Shown here piece after piece: positions 12,501 to 24,800 of a DNA stretch of 64,000 nt. The translations under genes and the position numbers were made by a program. This stretch comes from Paraspadella gotoi (lineage: Eukaryota > Animalia > Chaetognatha): positions 15,788,105 to 15,852,104 of the forward strand of contig CM119267.1 of the NCBI GenBank assembly GCA_051294375.1, written 5' to 3'. Numbering within the stretch: position 1 is the first letter of the stretch; each line of letters opens with the position of its first letter. The notes under the pieces are model-generated. The model saw only the letters and a program-made list of their open reading frames with translations, did no database searches and was not told where the DNA came from.

Positions 12501-13945
12501 TCTCGAAATAAAAATTGCTCGTCAGAAGCGAAAAAAAATCACCAACTGGAAAATCCAAGACAGAGAATGTAAAATATTATCCATTACCTGAAAACACAAC
12601 TTCCAGTAGACTAGGATTAGAACTTATTGATATGCATAACAAGTGTAACAATTCAATGAGTGCGTTTTCCACCTAAACAAGTTATTAAGGGCCTTAATAT
12701 TTCTCTCTAATGACACTAATACTTTAAAAACTGAACCTGTTTTGAGTGACATTCAGCACATGAACCCAACAACGAAAGTAACGGATTTAAAATAGGCTCG
12801 TTTGACAACAAATGTTTACTAGGACGAGAAAGAATGCTCGAAGACCTAGGAATAAAAGAAAAAATAATCTATGGTCGGCCAAGTGTAATTTGTGTGAATT
12901 TCTTTTAATTTAATTAATTTTTTACAACGATTTTAAAGTCTCGAAAATTGTGAGCCAAAACATGTCTGCATTGTTACAAATAAAATCGTTGTAAAAAATT
13001 AAAAAAACTTTGCTAATATCTTATAACAATGAAAAAAAGGATTATACCATGAATACCAATGTATTTAATTTTAAAGAGAGTCAGGTTTAACCGTAACTCA
13101 CTCGGAAGCCAACAAAATTTCGTAAATCTTTAGTTGTTCAAGCTTGAGATCATCCCAGAATTCTGTAACTTCGCCGGCCCAAATTACGAAACGCGAGAGA
13201 ACTTCTTCTTTTAAAAAAAAGTCCAACAAAGGTCTTGTCAAATCCTGCAAACAGTCAGTGATGCGACTTGGATTTTGAAGATGTTACACACACGGCAATT
13301 TTTTACTACTACGCGCCTCACCTTTTCCGCACCCATAGACTCCTCGCACAAAAGATGAGTCATCTGTCTAACATGATTGACGACCGTCTTAGCTTCGTCA
13401 AGAGTGTATCGTCGAAAATCTCCGCGTTCCATTAGGTTCAACGCCATCTTCCAGTGCGATCTGGTTCGTAAAAATATAAAAAAATGAACCCGTCGTTGCT
13501 GATACGTTACCCATATCTGATATAGTTTTCCTCAGTTTTCCTCAACGCCAATCATTAGTCTATCCCACCACTCTTTTTTAAATCTTAAGGCAAAAACGCC
13601 ATACGAAATTCATACAGAAAATATGTTTGTAAAACCGGAAAGTTATAAAAAATGTAATACTCAAAGTCAACACTCGCCGGAATACTTCCAGGCCCGTAAT
13701 AGGATCGTATTCGGTCACGGTCGCGATGCGGGCCTCGTTGACAGTGCCGCGACGGCTTCTGGGGGCGGATCTTCCGGGTGGCGTCGAAACTGGCAACAGG
13801 AATAAACAATAGCTTAGCGTGTTTCATTATCAACAAATTTTTTTAATAGAACGTAATGTGAATTAGCAAAAATTTAAGCACCTGCTGGACCATGGAGGCT
13901 TCCAGTTCCGCTCATCGAAACGACGGCGATTTCTCCTCCATCCAT
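3506..13945 (-). CDS. FHIP1: FTS- and Hook-interacting protein (FHIP1/FAM160A family), multi-exon; terminal exon not resolved
   Basis: Probable ATG at 13945 (MDGGEIAVVS). Spliced exons give family motifs: YDPITGLEVFRSHW, LKLEQLKIYEILL, FLIFSLLIPYTHKEGHLGQTARDALLLIMSLS (~11560-11695), FCIVLATGLSGLYSSLPRKL, FLNSLEFCNAVTQAAHP...NGFLVPVIGPALHQ, AYLDLFLRTITEPSLL, LCAVSLSLFKTLVDLNREDVMLQLVLKYL, ELSYLQYLHDARKC...WSSSYD (~6300-6520), GPFLQ, and KLEGMLHNSYSVNLLLTGLIIRLAAYPQPIIRSFLL...FQPNVKSLFQ (~3506-3690). Confidence 0.93.
5170..5542. repeat. Degenerate AT-rich minisatellite (units like attgatgtaatagtaattg / cattcattgatgcgatgataat)
   Basis: Tandem ~19-22 bp units visible directly, inside a FHIP intron. 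Confidence 0.8.
5733..6017. mobile_element. Foldback/MITE-like long imperfect palindrome (~285 bp)
   Basis: aaaatttagatatagcttctcatcatcaaaatctttta... at the left mirrors ...taaaagatcttgatgttgaagagctatatctaaatttt at the right, and pairing continues inward to ~5860/5890. Confidence 0.7.
8140..8672 (+). mobile_element. Two copies (~8140-8371 and ~8527-8672) of a hairpin-rich Helitron2/Helentron-like non-autonomous element
   Basis: Both copies share tgtgatgcccattgg...ccgaccctcagt...gcgcggtt and a 3' hairpin gacggtgtgaatataccgcc. The second copy ends ...acagaaccCTAGtttt. The 5' gggttgcctgtg is inverted to the 3' cacagaaccc. A third, inverted copy is at 26685-26901. Confidence 0.55.
11995..12480. 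repeat. Rearranged TE remnant with direct and inverted repeats
   Basis: Direct repeat ggcaaaattgtactttcgccg / ggcacaattttactttcgccg (~12029 and ~12369). Inverted repeat taaccctcagctccccctcaccgcggtcg (~12111) vs cgaccggttagggggagctaaaggtta (~12442). Confidence 0.45.
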
Positions 13946-14015
13946 GATGATGGAAACTGCATTTGAATAAAAATAAAGTCGTTGGCCAAACTTGAGACAT
14001 CAATGTGACTTTATA

Positions 14016-14581
14016 CAGAAGGCTTCATATTATAAAATTAGGTACCCCTTCTTTGTGACCAGAACTAGTTCCGAGAAAACTACTGGACCAAATTTATTGA
14101 AATTTGGAATGAACGATCCCTATGTGAATAGTAATAAAACTATCGAGGCAAATTTCAATATTTGACCGCTGAGCCAAGATATGGGCCCCCGGGGGTTCAC
14201 CCATGGGGGCAAAAAATGGTCAAAAATTGTTTTCAAATTTTTTAATTTATTTTTGTTTTGAACTGTTGCACAGACATTTACTCTTCCACAAAAACGTATT
14301 TATTACTTCAAAAATATTCATGTACCTTAATTGTTAGATTCATGAACATCATGAAAAATGAAAAAACAATTTTTAGCATAATTTGGCCCCCCAGGGGTCC
14401 AACCCCAGGGCCCTGTATCTCTTGTCAGGGGTTGAATATCAAAATTCGCCTCGATAGTTCCATTTATATAGTCATTAGCACTCTAAATGTAAAATTTCAT
14501 TAAATTCGATCGGGTAGTTTGGTGGGAACAGATTCTGGTCACAAAAAATGGGTACCACATTTTATAATATGAAGCCTTCTG
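14016..14581. mobile_element. Tc1/mariner-like MITE in the first FHIP intron
   Basis: TIRs of about 50 bp (CAGAAGGCTTCATATTATAAAAT... / ...ATTTTATAATATGAAGCCTTCTG), flanked by TA on both sides, no coding capacity. Confidence 0.85.
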
Positions 14582-14664
14582 TACAGTCTACAACTTCTCT
14601 ATATAGTTTCAAAAAAAAAGTTGCTCGATTAGAATTTTATAGAGTAAAACTAAAATGAAATTAC

Positions 14665-14720
14665 CTTAGCTTAAGTATGGTTAGGTAGTAATTCTTAATA
14701 ATTTCGCCATTTTGTCCAGT
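14665..14720 (-). promoter_or_regulatory. Probable non-coding first exon/TSS region of FHIP with a YY1-like AAAATGGCG motif
   Basis: The minus strand reads ...AAAATGGCGAAATT...CTAAG|GTAAT (strong donor). The ATG there hits a stop after 9 codons. An acceptor TGCAG lies just upstream of the ATG at 13945. Confidence 0.4.
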
Positions 14721-16014
14721 CAATGAATAAAGCTTTTTCGTTTAGATATCTATTGAACTGGTGAATAAAGCACATTTAACGTATCGAAATGAACCAATCT
14801 CGGATAAGAAGTCACAAGAAGTATCATACAACGTAAAACAGCTTTTGCCATCTTTGGAAAAAGCATTACGTATCAATCTCAAGTTTACGATGAAACGAAT
14901 AAAATAACAAAAGTTCAATTTACATTTTAACGATCTCTTCTGATGTATCAAATATTACTAAAACGTACTGCACTTTCTTAAACTTAGAAGTCACTAATAT
15001 CCGCCAAAATATTTACACGGAATATTACCGCCTTAAATTCACATACACAGGGGTGATAAATACAGACTTGGGTTTTTTACTTACAAACCATTTAAGTAAA
15101 ATTACGGACAAAACATTCGTCCCTGTCTGGGAGTCTTAAAAGATTACAAACAAAAGCAGAAGTCAAAGCGCGAAAAAGAAAATTTCAGAAAACGAAATTT
15201 AATTAATGAAATTTTACAGTTTAACAGCTAGGTTAGCTGTAACCGCAAAATATAAATTCTCCAAATCATGATTAAAAGTCAAAAGCATGCTTAATGCTCA
15301 TCCAAAAACGGGTTTGTATGAAAAAATTACTAAAAATTATGAATGCCGGTCAAAATAAATGACTTTCATTGCCTTATTTTAATCATAAACATTTTCCTTT
15401 ACAGAGAATGTAGAAAGAACCTTTTTCGACAGGGATATCAGCCACTCATTTTAAAAATTGCGAATCATTTTTCACTCCTGGCTCATCCGAGTTGCATCGC
15501 AAAGATTCTTAACCAATGACTCAGTAAGAATCTATCTGGTAAAATAAATTACAAAAATTAGAGAGATCTGTATCGACTGGAATGATCAAATAAAATGGCT
15601 AACCTTATTTAGAAAAAAAGTCATTTATAAAAAATGTGGCAGACTTTTCAATTTTAAAACCTAACTTTTACAGAAATTGAATTTCTATAGCGGCATTTAA
15701 AACATTGGTTACAAATCATCTTAAAGAGGCAAATAATAGGAGGAAAACTGGTTTTATTACATTTGGAATGATTATTGCACGGTAATTTTAAAAAGATTTA
15801 GATCATTAAAAAGTAAATAAATACTATAAAACTACAACTGCCACACACTGAATTAAAATTAATTACTCTAATACCTCTAAATAAAAAAAATATTTCAAAT
15901 AACAAAAGGCAAAATGGGATAAAGGCATAAATATTAAATTTCTAATTAAAACATTCTTCTTGGGTGAAAAAAAAATTCTAGCGCGGTCGCTATATACATT
16001 AAATGCTGTCATTG

Positions 16015-19000
16015 TCAATATTCTAAAGCAACTTGATGCCCGTTAACGGTTTTGTGAGTTACGATACCGTCTTCTTCAACGATTACCGTTTCAACGCCAT
16101 TCTCGACAATCTTCTTTGTCACCACCTTTTGGGAATATAATGAACTAGACAATGTAAATATCTAAATATAAATTACGGCATACTACCTGACGCCCATTGA
16201 CTACCCGAGTGGAAACTGATTGAGTTCTGCAAGCTGCACCTCCCCCAAATCCACCAAAATTTGATGACGAAAATGATACCATACTTCCTCCTTAAAGAAA
16301 AAAAAACATTATAAATCTATATCAAAAACGGTCCTTCAAATGTGTTGCACTTGTATTTCTGAGTGATACGTAACTACATAACTTATACAATTTATATCTA
16401 ACAAGCGTCCAATGGTTAATGACTTACCTGCAAAGCTTAAACTACAACCAAATATTACGTAAAATACGTAGTTCTGCGTGGTAACGTGACTACTGACTAC
16501 ACAAGTAAAAAACTTATGCACAACAATCATACACGGATACCTTATTAGTCTACATCTGTATTTCATGAGTTATAACGTATTGAATTTTAGGTCATGTGAT
16601 CGCCTTTTAAGGTCATCATTTTTAACAAATGGGACAGACCTATGGACAGACAGACATACCGACCGACCGACAAGTGACTCGCGGCGCAACTAGTAACCGA
16701 CAAAGAATATTTAAAAAACTAGCACACCTCCTCCACCAAATGGATCCATGTCCATGCCGGGAAACAACCCTCCAAAAGGTCCGGCGCCTCCAAAACCAAA
16801 TGCTGCGAAAGGATTCATGAACGGAGTCGCCATGGCCATTTGCTGCTGCTGCATAATCGGGTCCCCTGAACCACAACATGAAAGCTCAATATCTATTATT
16901 ATTTATTACAATTTCGAAATAGAGGCGCACGTACCCATTCTTGGATGGTGGTGATGATGATGGTGATGATGCTGAAAACGAAGTTAAAAAATCTTAAAAG
17001 CATAAGGATCGTCGCAATCGCATAAGAAAAATCTGGATTGACGACAAATTTTGATACTAAAAAAATTTTATAAACAGAAAGAAAAAGAAGAAAAGAAAAA
17101 AGAAAGAATAGAAAGAAAAAAAGAATAGAAAGGAAAGAAAGAATAGAAAGGAAAGAAAGAATAGAAAGGAAAGAAAGAATAGAAAGGAAAGAAAGAATAG
17201 AAAGGAAAGAAAGAATAGAAAGGAAAAAAAATTGAAAGGAAAGAAAGAATAAAAAGGAAAGAAAGAATAAAAAGGAAAGAAAGGAAAGAAAGAAAAATAA
17301 GAATAAAGAGAGAGTGACGAGAAGAAAGAACGAAATAAAAACCTGAAGTTACTATAGCAAAATGATAACAAGCACGAATGCGATTTTACGAGTTCAATCC
17401 TATTTCAATTTTTTTTAAAATAAAAACGCAGAGAGAGAGAGAGAATCAGCAGACGAATCAGCAGAAGCAGCAGGAGAAAAGAGAGAAAAGAGAGAAAAAG
17501 AAAGAAAGCCCCTGCATAGCCCAAGGAATCAGCGACTGGGGAAAAGAGAGAGAGAGAGAGAGCTACATATAATTAAAAGAGAAAAGAGAGACAGAAGGAG
17601 ACAAAAAAATAAAAATAGAAGAAATTTGTTTGTTTTGATAAAACGGAAACAAAACATATTTAATAACTGTCCTCACCCAATTTCAAGGACCTCAATTGAT
17701 GAGAAGCTGTATAAGTGTATATAAATTTTCAGATTCATACACCCAAATTTAATCATCAAAAAGGCGATCGATAAGTTGGAACGCCGACGACGACAACGCC
17801 ACTTATGCGCAAAAGCCGATAAGAAAAAAAATATATACAGAAGGCTTCATATTAGAAAATGCTCTCCCGTTTGTTCGAAGAAAAGAAACGAGAGAATGTA
17901 TCATCGCTAGACAAAATATACGGAGGGGCAGGAGGAGGAAAGAAGAGGAAGAGGAGAATGTTGCAGCAAGGTAAATCCTCCTCTGATAAACATTAAGAGG
18001 TTCATGTCTTTTTTTTAGTGAGAGCAAAAATTATATCTAAAATGATGAACTAAGCAAGTTTAAAGGAAGAAAAATCAATTTAAATTTATGAAAATTAATT
18101 TTAAAATAGTTTTTCTACAAAGTTAAGACAAATGCAATTGATCAAACAAAAAAAATATCGTTAAAGGAAAAAAAAATTTTCACAATCTTATCTTAGCTCA
18201 GGGGTAAAATATTGAAAATCGCCTCGATAGTCCCATTAGTATGGCCATTGGGATGCTGTATACAAAATCATATAGAATTTTGTTCAGTGATTTGGGCAGA
18301 ACCGATTCTCGGTCAGAAAAACGGGGAGAGCATTTTCTAATATGAAGACTTCTGTATATTTATACATACAATAACAAGGTATATTAAAACCCATCCCTGC
18401 ACCTGAGCTGAGGATGCTCTATGACCGGCAAAATGAGCTTGCTCGTGATGATGAATGTGATGAGAATTGAAGAGCTCCTCGAAAGGATCCATACCGCCAA
18501 AAAACTCCCTGAAGATATCCATCGGATCTCGAAAAATGAAGTTGAAATGGGCGGTTCCTAAATGAAATACATAATCATAAAATGTGAAGGCTAATGAACA
18601 AAAAATGATCATTCTTCGATAAAATGTATCAAAATTTTGTCTCACCAGGATGATGATGATGGCGCTGATGCCTGGCGCTTCCGCCTCGGGGAGCGAACAT
18701 GTCCTCAAAGCCGAAAAATTCTTCGGCGTCGCCGGCATTTTGCCGCAGACCAGCGTGACCGTAGCGATCGTATATATCGCGCTTTTCAGGGTCGGAAAGT
18801 ACCTTAGCAAAATATCAATTAACTCTTAAGTATAATTATAATCTAACAAGAGACTCATAAGACGGGCAAAATTTTACATTCACCGTTTTGAATTTTCTTG
18901 TCGGTGATTTTTTTTTGCTTCTTACGAGCAACAACATACAGAAATTTTATTAGACAAAAAAAAATAACACTGGCAAGAATACAAAACCTTTTTCAAGAAC

Positions 19001-19542
19001 CACCCTAACTTAAGTACCCTTAACCCTTACCACCCTAAACGCTTATCACCCTTAACCCGAATAACCCCAGACCCGAATCACCTTTAACCACCCCTAACCC
19101 TTACCCCCCTAACGCTAACAAGCCCTAACCACCATTAATCCTAACCACCTGATCACCACTAACCCCTAAACCACCCACAATATGCGAATAGACCGACTGA
19201 TTCCAGTCGGCGAAAATTAAATTATACCCATTTGACAAATGGCTTACCTGATACGCCTCACTTATTTCCTTAAATTTTCGTTCGGCGATATCCTTGTTTT
19301 CACCGGCGTTTTTGTCTGGATGCCACTTTAATGCCATTTTTCTGTAAGCTTTCTTGACCTCGTCCTCAGTGCTGCCTCTTAAAACACCTGCAGTAAAATA
19401 TACATTATCTACCTTATATTACTTATAAGTCCTACTGATAACTCGACTGTCATGTTATACGTTAGGTATTCAAAGCGTTAAAGGAAAAATTACCGAGAAC
19501 TTGGTAGTAATCGGGAGGGTCTGAAGAACTCGCCGACGCCAT
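16015..19542 (-). CDS. DNAJB6: DnaJ/Hsp40 class B co-chaperone, DNAJB6/MRJ-like, multi-exon
   Basis: ATG at 19542: [17 protein letters not shown]|...[16 protein letters not shown]...[10 protein letters not shown]|[15 protein letters not shown] (J domain with HPD). Then [16 protein letters not shown], a G/F-rich region, and C-terminal [13 protein letters not shown]|[36 protein letters not shown] (TGA 16015-16017), matching the DNAJB6 beta-sheet C-terminal domain. Confidence 0.92.
16400..16694. mobile_element. Short Helitron/HINE-like element in a DNAJB6 intron
   Basis: Starts AACAAG, has a gacagacagacataccgaccgacc microsatellite, and ends with a GC-rich stretch followed by CTAGT. Confidence 0.35.
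17075..17335. repeat. Purine-rich tandem repeat (18-bp unit agaatagaaaggaaagaa and variants)
   Basis: Tandem units visible directly, intronic. Confidence 0.85.
17838..18354. mobile_element. Tc1/mariner-like MITE, same TIR family as 14016-14581
   Basis: TIRs CAGAAGGCTTCATATTAGAAAATGCTCTCCCGTTT / AAACGGGGAGAGCATTTTCTAATATGAAGACTTCTG with TA flanks. Shares the internal tcgcctcgatagt motif with the 14 kb copy. Confidence 0.85.
19000..19178. repeat. Degenerate (TAACCC)n interstitial telomere-like tract
   Basis: Repeated ccctaac/taaccc/cttaaccc units in a DNAJB6 intron. Confidence 0.6.
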
Positions 19543-20069
19543 TTTTGGTTTTTCTGAGTTTTTGCTTTGCTTTGGTTTATGAGTTTTAGATCTTTGTGAA
19601 TTTTGGTGTTTCGCTGCTGGCATTATTTCTTGGAAGAACGATGTAACTCAATTCCAGTAAACATGATTTAGCTGAGTTATAAAAATATAAAAATATTTCA
19701 AAACCTGTTACGCCGAAAGCTGAAAACCAAACACTATACGGACAGAAAAATGATTCTTTTAAAAAATCAAGTTTTTACTATGGTCTGATTTAGCTTTTTA
19801 ATTGCCATTACGACTGATTGAAACGCGGTATTTAAACCTAGTAAAGCAAATAGCATCGAAATCCAATCCATGCGGAATTTTGTCACGTATGAGAAAAGTT
19901 ATTAGTTTAGTTATACTTAACAGAAATTCTGAATGAATAACTACGATGACAGTTCAACCGTCAGACAGCGATTAGTAAATAAAAGAATAACGAAATCACA
20001 GAAGAAAATATTCCATATTACGAAAAATAAATACTTAGTTACTAGACTAATATAATTTAAACAAAATAT

Positions 20070-20205
20070 ATATGAAATTGGTACAACCAATATAAAAATT
20101 ATCCATTCATTTAATAAATAAGCTATCTTGGCCCTGACTTTAATATACTTTAATATAACTTATGAAATTGGTACAACCAATATAAAAATTATCCATTCAT
20201 TTAAT
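20070..20205. repeat. Short tandem duplication of a dispersed repeat fragment
   Basis: tatgaaattggtacaaccaatataaaaattatccattcatttaat occurs twice. Related sequence, including gctatcttg(g/a)ccctgacttt, recurs at ~53345-53400. Confidence 0.7.
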
Positions 20206-21826
20206 GAAACACGACGGAATTTTTTTTCTGAAATGAAAAGAAAAGCATCAACATCATTGCATCTGCCAATTATTTACCCCAATAAGCTTATTGTTAGGAG
20301 TACAAATATAAATACAAATATAAATACAATGAGCGAAAAAATGTCATATCTCTCAGCGTGATTAGACAAGCAACGATTGGCTGATTAGCTTTTTTCGAAG
20401 TTCACTTTTCACGTCCCAATCGCGTTTGACTAAAATTTCTTTTCTTCTGTTACGGAGATTCCAAAATTCCGGTTAAGGATTTTTCACGGCTTTTGTTTTT
20501 TTTTTCGATGATGCATCTAGGTATAAACTGGCGGTTAATGTGTGCATCTAAGAAAACAAATTAAAAACGGAATATTACGTAGTTTTTTGTGTTATCATAA
20601 TTAAAACTCCCTCATTTAGATGTCTTGCTCTATCGGTCGTCTGGCTGGATATGGTAATAGACTATTCTAACTCTTTAGAGGTAATATATTCATTCCATTT
20701 GAAAATTATCTAAAAATATATCTACATAATATAGATTGTTATACTTCATATTTTATTGAAAACATCTAAGAGCACATAAAAATGCCAGCGTTCATTGCTG
20801 AAAATAATTTTGTACAAAGTTAATCTACGATGCTCAATCATGTTAAAGAGTACAGTTGTAAATTCTTATTAAATTGTATGAAGCCAATAAAGAATAAACT
20901 TAAAAAAAGCTTCAAAACCGAGAATTCAAAGTCATCGAAGCAGTATTACGTTACAAAAGAGAATGAGGTGCGATTCGTATACCGATATGTGTACCATATT
21001 CAGTTCAAGGCAAATAATAAGAGTGACTATTATTAAGACTCTTATTAAGACAATTGCTTTTTTTCTCCACTGAAGTTCTGTTTTTGAAAGAATAACCATC
21101 TTTTTAAAATATAAATACGTAATTATATTTAAGAAAATTACTTGATAGTAGGTATATATTTAAAGAATTTAGATTTCTGATCATCGAATGACCATTAGAG
21201 TGAATGGATAAATAAAGAATAAAAAACACTTAAAAAAATTATTTGCGGAATATCATTAAAATGGCATTATAATCCATTTAAGTTTTGTAAAACATGTAAA
21301 ATAATATTGACTTTAATTTGACGAGATTTCTATAATAAGGAATGAAAAAGAAAAGATTCAGATTGAGGCTGAAGATTTCAAAATTTCTATCAAGATGTTT
21401 CAGAACATGATAAATTTATTACCCATTTATACATCTCATATACTATTTTTGTGTCTAAGTGCTCCACTCTAATGACTTTGATGAACAAAAAATATTTGCT
21501 GATTTTTATAAATTCTATTTATCGATTAAGCCTTTTATATTTTCAGATCAGTTAAGGCTGTCGAAAATGTTTCTTAGCAGAAGAATAATCATTGACATTG
21601 TTATAGAAAACAGATTATTGCAAATTAGATTCCGAATTTAGTTCCTAAAATTGGATAAGAAGAGAATACTTTAATGAGGAGTCGAGTGGCAACGTCGTTT
21701 AGACCACAACGTATCAATTAATAATAATTGTTAAGAGAGGCGAGTTCAATTTTACCGCATGCGCTTCAAATACGGTTACTAACCTTTTAACAGTACACGG
21801 AAACAACAAAAGCTACAACATATGCA

Positions 21827-24800
21827 TTATATAACCGTCATTTTAACTAAAAGAAAAAATTTTCCCTCGTTGTCTCGTGATGTAAGTTCGGTGAAGGGGC
21901 TTAGATTTTTGCGCCTATTCGATTTAAGTCTGAGCTCTCGGCCTTCAATCAATATTTCAAAGGACGCTGGATGATGCACATGTTGGCTAAACTTGAGCGA
22001 AGAAATTCCTTTATGGTGAGTCATGCGAAAAGAGTTATTTTCGGCTCCTTTGACGATTCTATAGCGGAATTGCTTTCCGTCTTTTACAGAAGGCGTCAGT
22101 CTTACAAGTTTTGTTTTTTTGTTTGCCTGATTCTGATTAAGAAACAAATGAATTGTTGATGTTTCGTTGATTTTTTCCGTTAGGCTGGAAACCGTGAAAT
22201 TAATCCCTGGTAATTTTCCATCGACTGTTCGGACGGTGTGTCGGCGGGATCTGCGACCTTGCTTCCCGTCAAGGCCGCAATGGTAACATCCTTCATGAGG
22301 CGGGATGTTTCCATCTTTTTCCAAATAAAAGTCAGGAAATTCAGGCTTTGACCTTCCAGAGTCTCCACCTAATTGTTATGATTGGATAATGTTTAAAAGG
22401 CAAATTAACTCCAGGGAGATACATTAACAGATAAATAAACGTACCCTTAAAATTGTTCAAGGCTTCGGGATTGTTGGGAGGAATTGCTCCAGGGGTTAAG
22501 GTTGAGACGCAATGTCCCGCACCAACTTTTTGATATCCGTCGGGACATAAACACGCGTAACCTAGGTAAAAAAAAACAAAATTACTTCTTAGACACACTG
22601 ATTATTTTTAATATGAAAAAAGAAATTAGGCGATATATAAATTACTTAAACATTTTTTATCTGGTTTAGAATTTATTCTTACTTCGTCAAATTGAAAAGC
22701 AGTTAAGTTTACTCATCTATATCGTCACCCAATTAAAAACTGCATTTTCGTTTTCAGATCAAAATCATAAATACCAGTAATGATCGGTTGACATCCGAAA
22801 GCGCAGGGAGCATTGTTGCAGGCAGCAAGATCAAGACAACCTCTTTGATTATCATTATAATCAAATCCAATGGGACAAGAGCATTCGAAACTCCCGATTT
22901 TGTTGCGGCATTCTGCCGAACCACAGATTTCTTCGTTTAAACATTCGTTATCGTCAATGCATTTGTTCCAGAAACGATGCTAATTAAAAACAAATTACTA
23001 ATTACTAAAGCGGGCCAAAATTGATCACTTTTTATTATGAGGAGTTCTGTAATATAAAATTCATTTGTCCATCATATACTAAATCAATATTTACTATCAC
23101 TTTTTTAACTATTGAAGCACAGTATAACATTGAAGCCTTTAAATATTTATTAATACATAGGAAATGAAAAAAATTTTTTTTAATAATTTTATTTTTTAAG
23201 AACGGGTTCAGATAGCCCATAAAAAGTTGTCTACACAAAGTATAATGCGTTTTTTAATATTTCGATGAAAATAAGGGAAAAACCGTTAAAAATCATCATC
23301 ATCATCATACCATAATTTTTATAGTTTTTACTAATTTTAACTAATAAAACATAAAAATTTGGAAATATTGTAATAATATTTTGTTTTATTTTTTCAAGCT
23401 CTACCCGAATCCGCTTTTAAAAATTCTAAATTAGATAATTTTTTTTTCATTATTTATAGTAATACGATAAACTTTAAATGCTGTTAAAAAAAATAAATGA
23501 CACCAAAACGGGGGAAGAATCTCATAAAATTTGGATGAATCTATACGTAAGCTTTCCCAAAAATTTATTGTATTAAAAAGAGCTTGGAATAAATCGATAA
23601 AAATTTTAGATGGGCCACAAATAGATTTCAAAATTCACCTGCATAAATCCTGGAGGACAGATACATTTAAAACTTCCAATCGAATTCTGACAACCATCTT
23701 GGCAATTGTTTCGAAAATCTTCACATTCGTCAATGTCAATGCATACAGTCCCCGTCTGATCAGTCGTATAGCCTGAGAAATTTTGTTTAATAAAAAAAAT
23801 CTCAAATTTAAATAGCGAAATTTTTACGGACCTTTTGGGCATATACACCTATATCCACCATCCACGTTGTTGCAAGTGCCAAGTGGAGCGCACAGATTGG
23901 GAACTTCCTAAAATTTATTGAACTCAAATACGAACTAGTACTTATTAGATGAAAATTCACCATAATTATATTTTTATTACCTGACATTCATTCTTGTCGA
24001 TGCATTGCTTTCCATTTTTTCGATACCCCTCAGGACATATACATTCATAGGAACCGGGTTGATTGATACAACCATGCTCGCAAGCATGCCGACCTGAAGA
24101 GCATTCATCCATATCAATGCACGTATGTCTGTCTTCTGAAAGAACGAAACCTATTGGGCAAGAGCAAATATAACTGCCAACGCTGTTGCGACAGGTAAAC
24201 TCGCAGGGTCCTTGCTGCAGGGCACATTCGTTTATATCCAAGCATTTAAGTCCACTTCGATTTGGTTTGTAGCCTTTATTGCAGCTACATCGATAACCAC
24301 CCATCGTGTTTATACATCTTCCGTTTTGGCACAATTTTTGGACGGTGGTACATTCGTCAATGTCTTTTCCAAAAGGGTCGTATCCATCTCCAAATTTACA
24401 AAGTTCTCGATATTGCGAGGTTCTTCTTCGGGGACACCGTTCACAACGAGGGCCCCAAGCCTGACCGATACTACAACAGCATTCCGCCTTCCCAACGCGC
24501 TGAAGATGACCACCGCTAGTAACGCAATTTCCATTGACAACTGCCTGGAAGCAATGCCCTAGTCGTCTGTCTTCACAGGTCTTTCGATTATAGCTTAAAA
24601 CAAAGCCATCATAACATTCACATGTATGTCCTCCAGGAACATTGCGACACCTTCCATTCTCGCATATACTTGGTGTCAAGGTGCATTCGTTTAAATCTTC
24701 GCATTTATCTGTTCCTGGAACTTGTTGATATCCGTTGGGACAGATACACATAAACGATCCAACTAAGTTTTTGCAAGCATAGGGGCAGTTGTTTAGTGGG

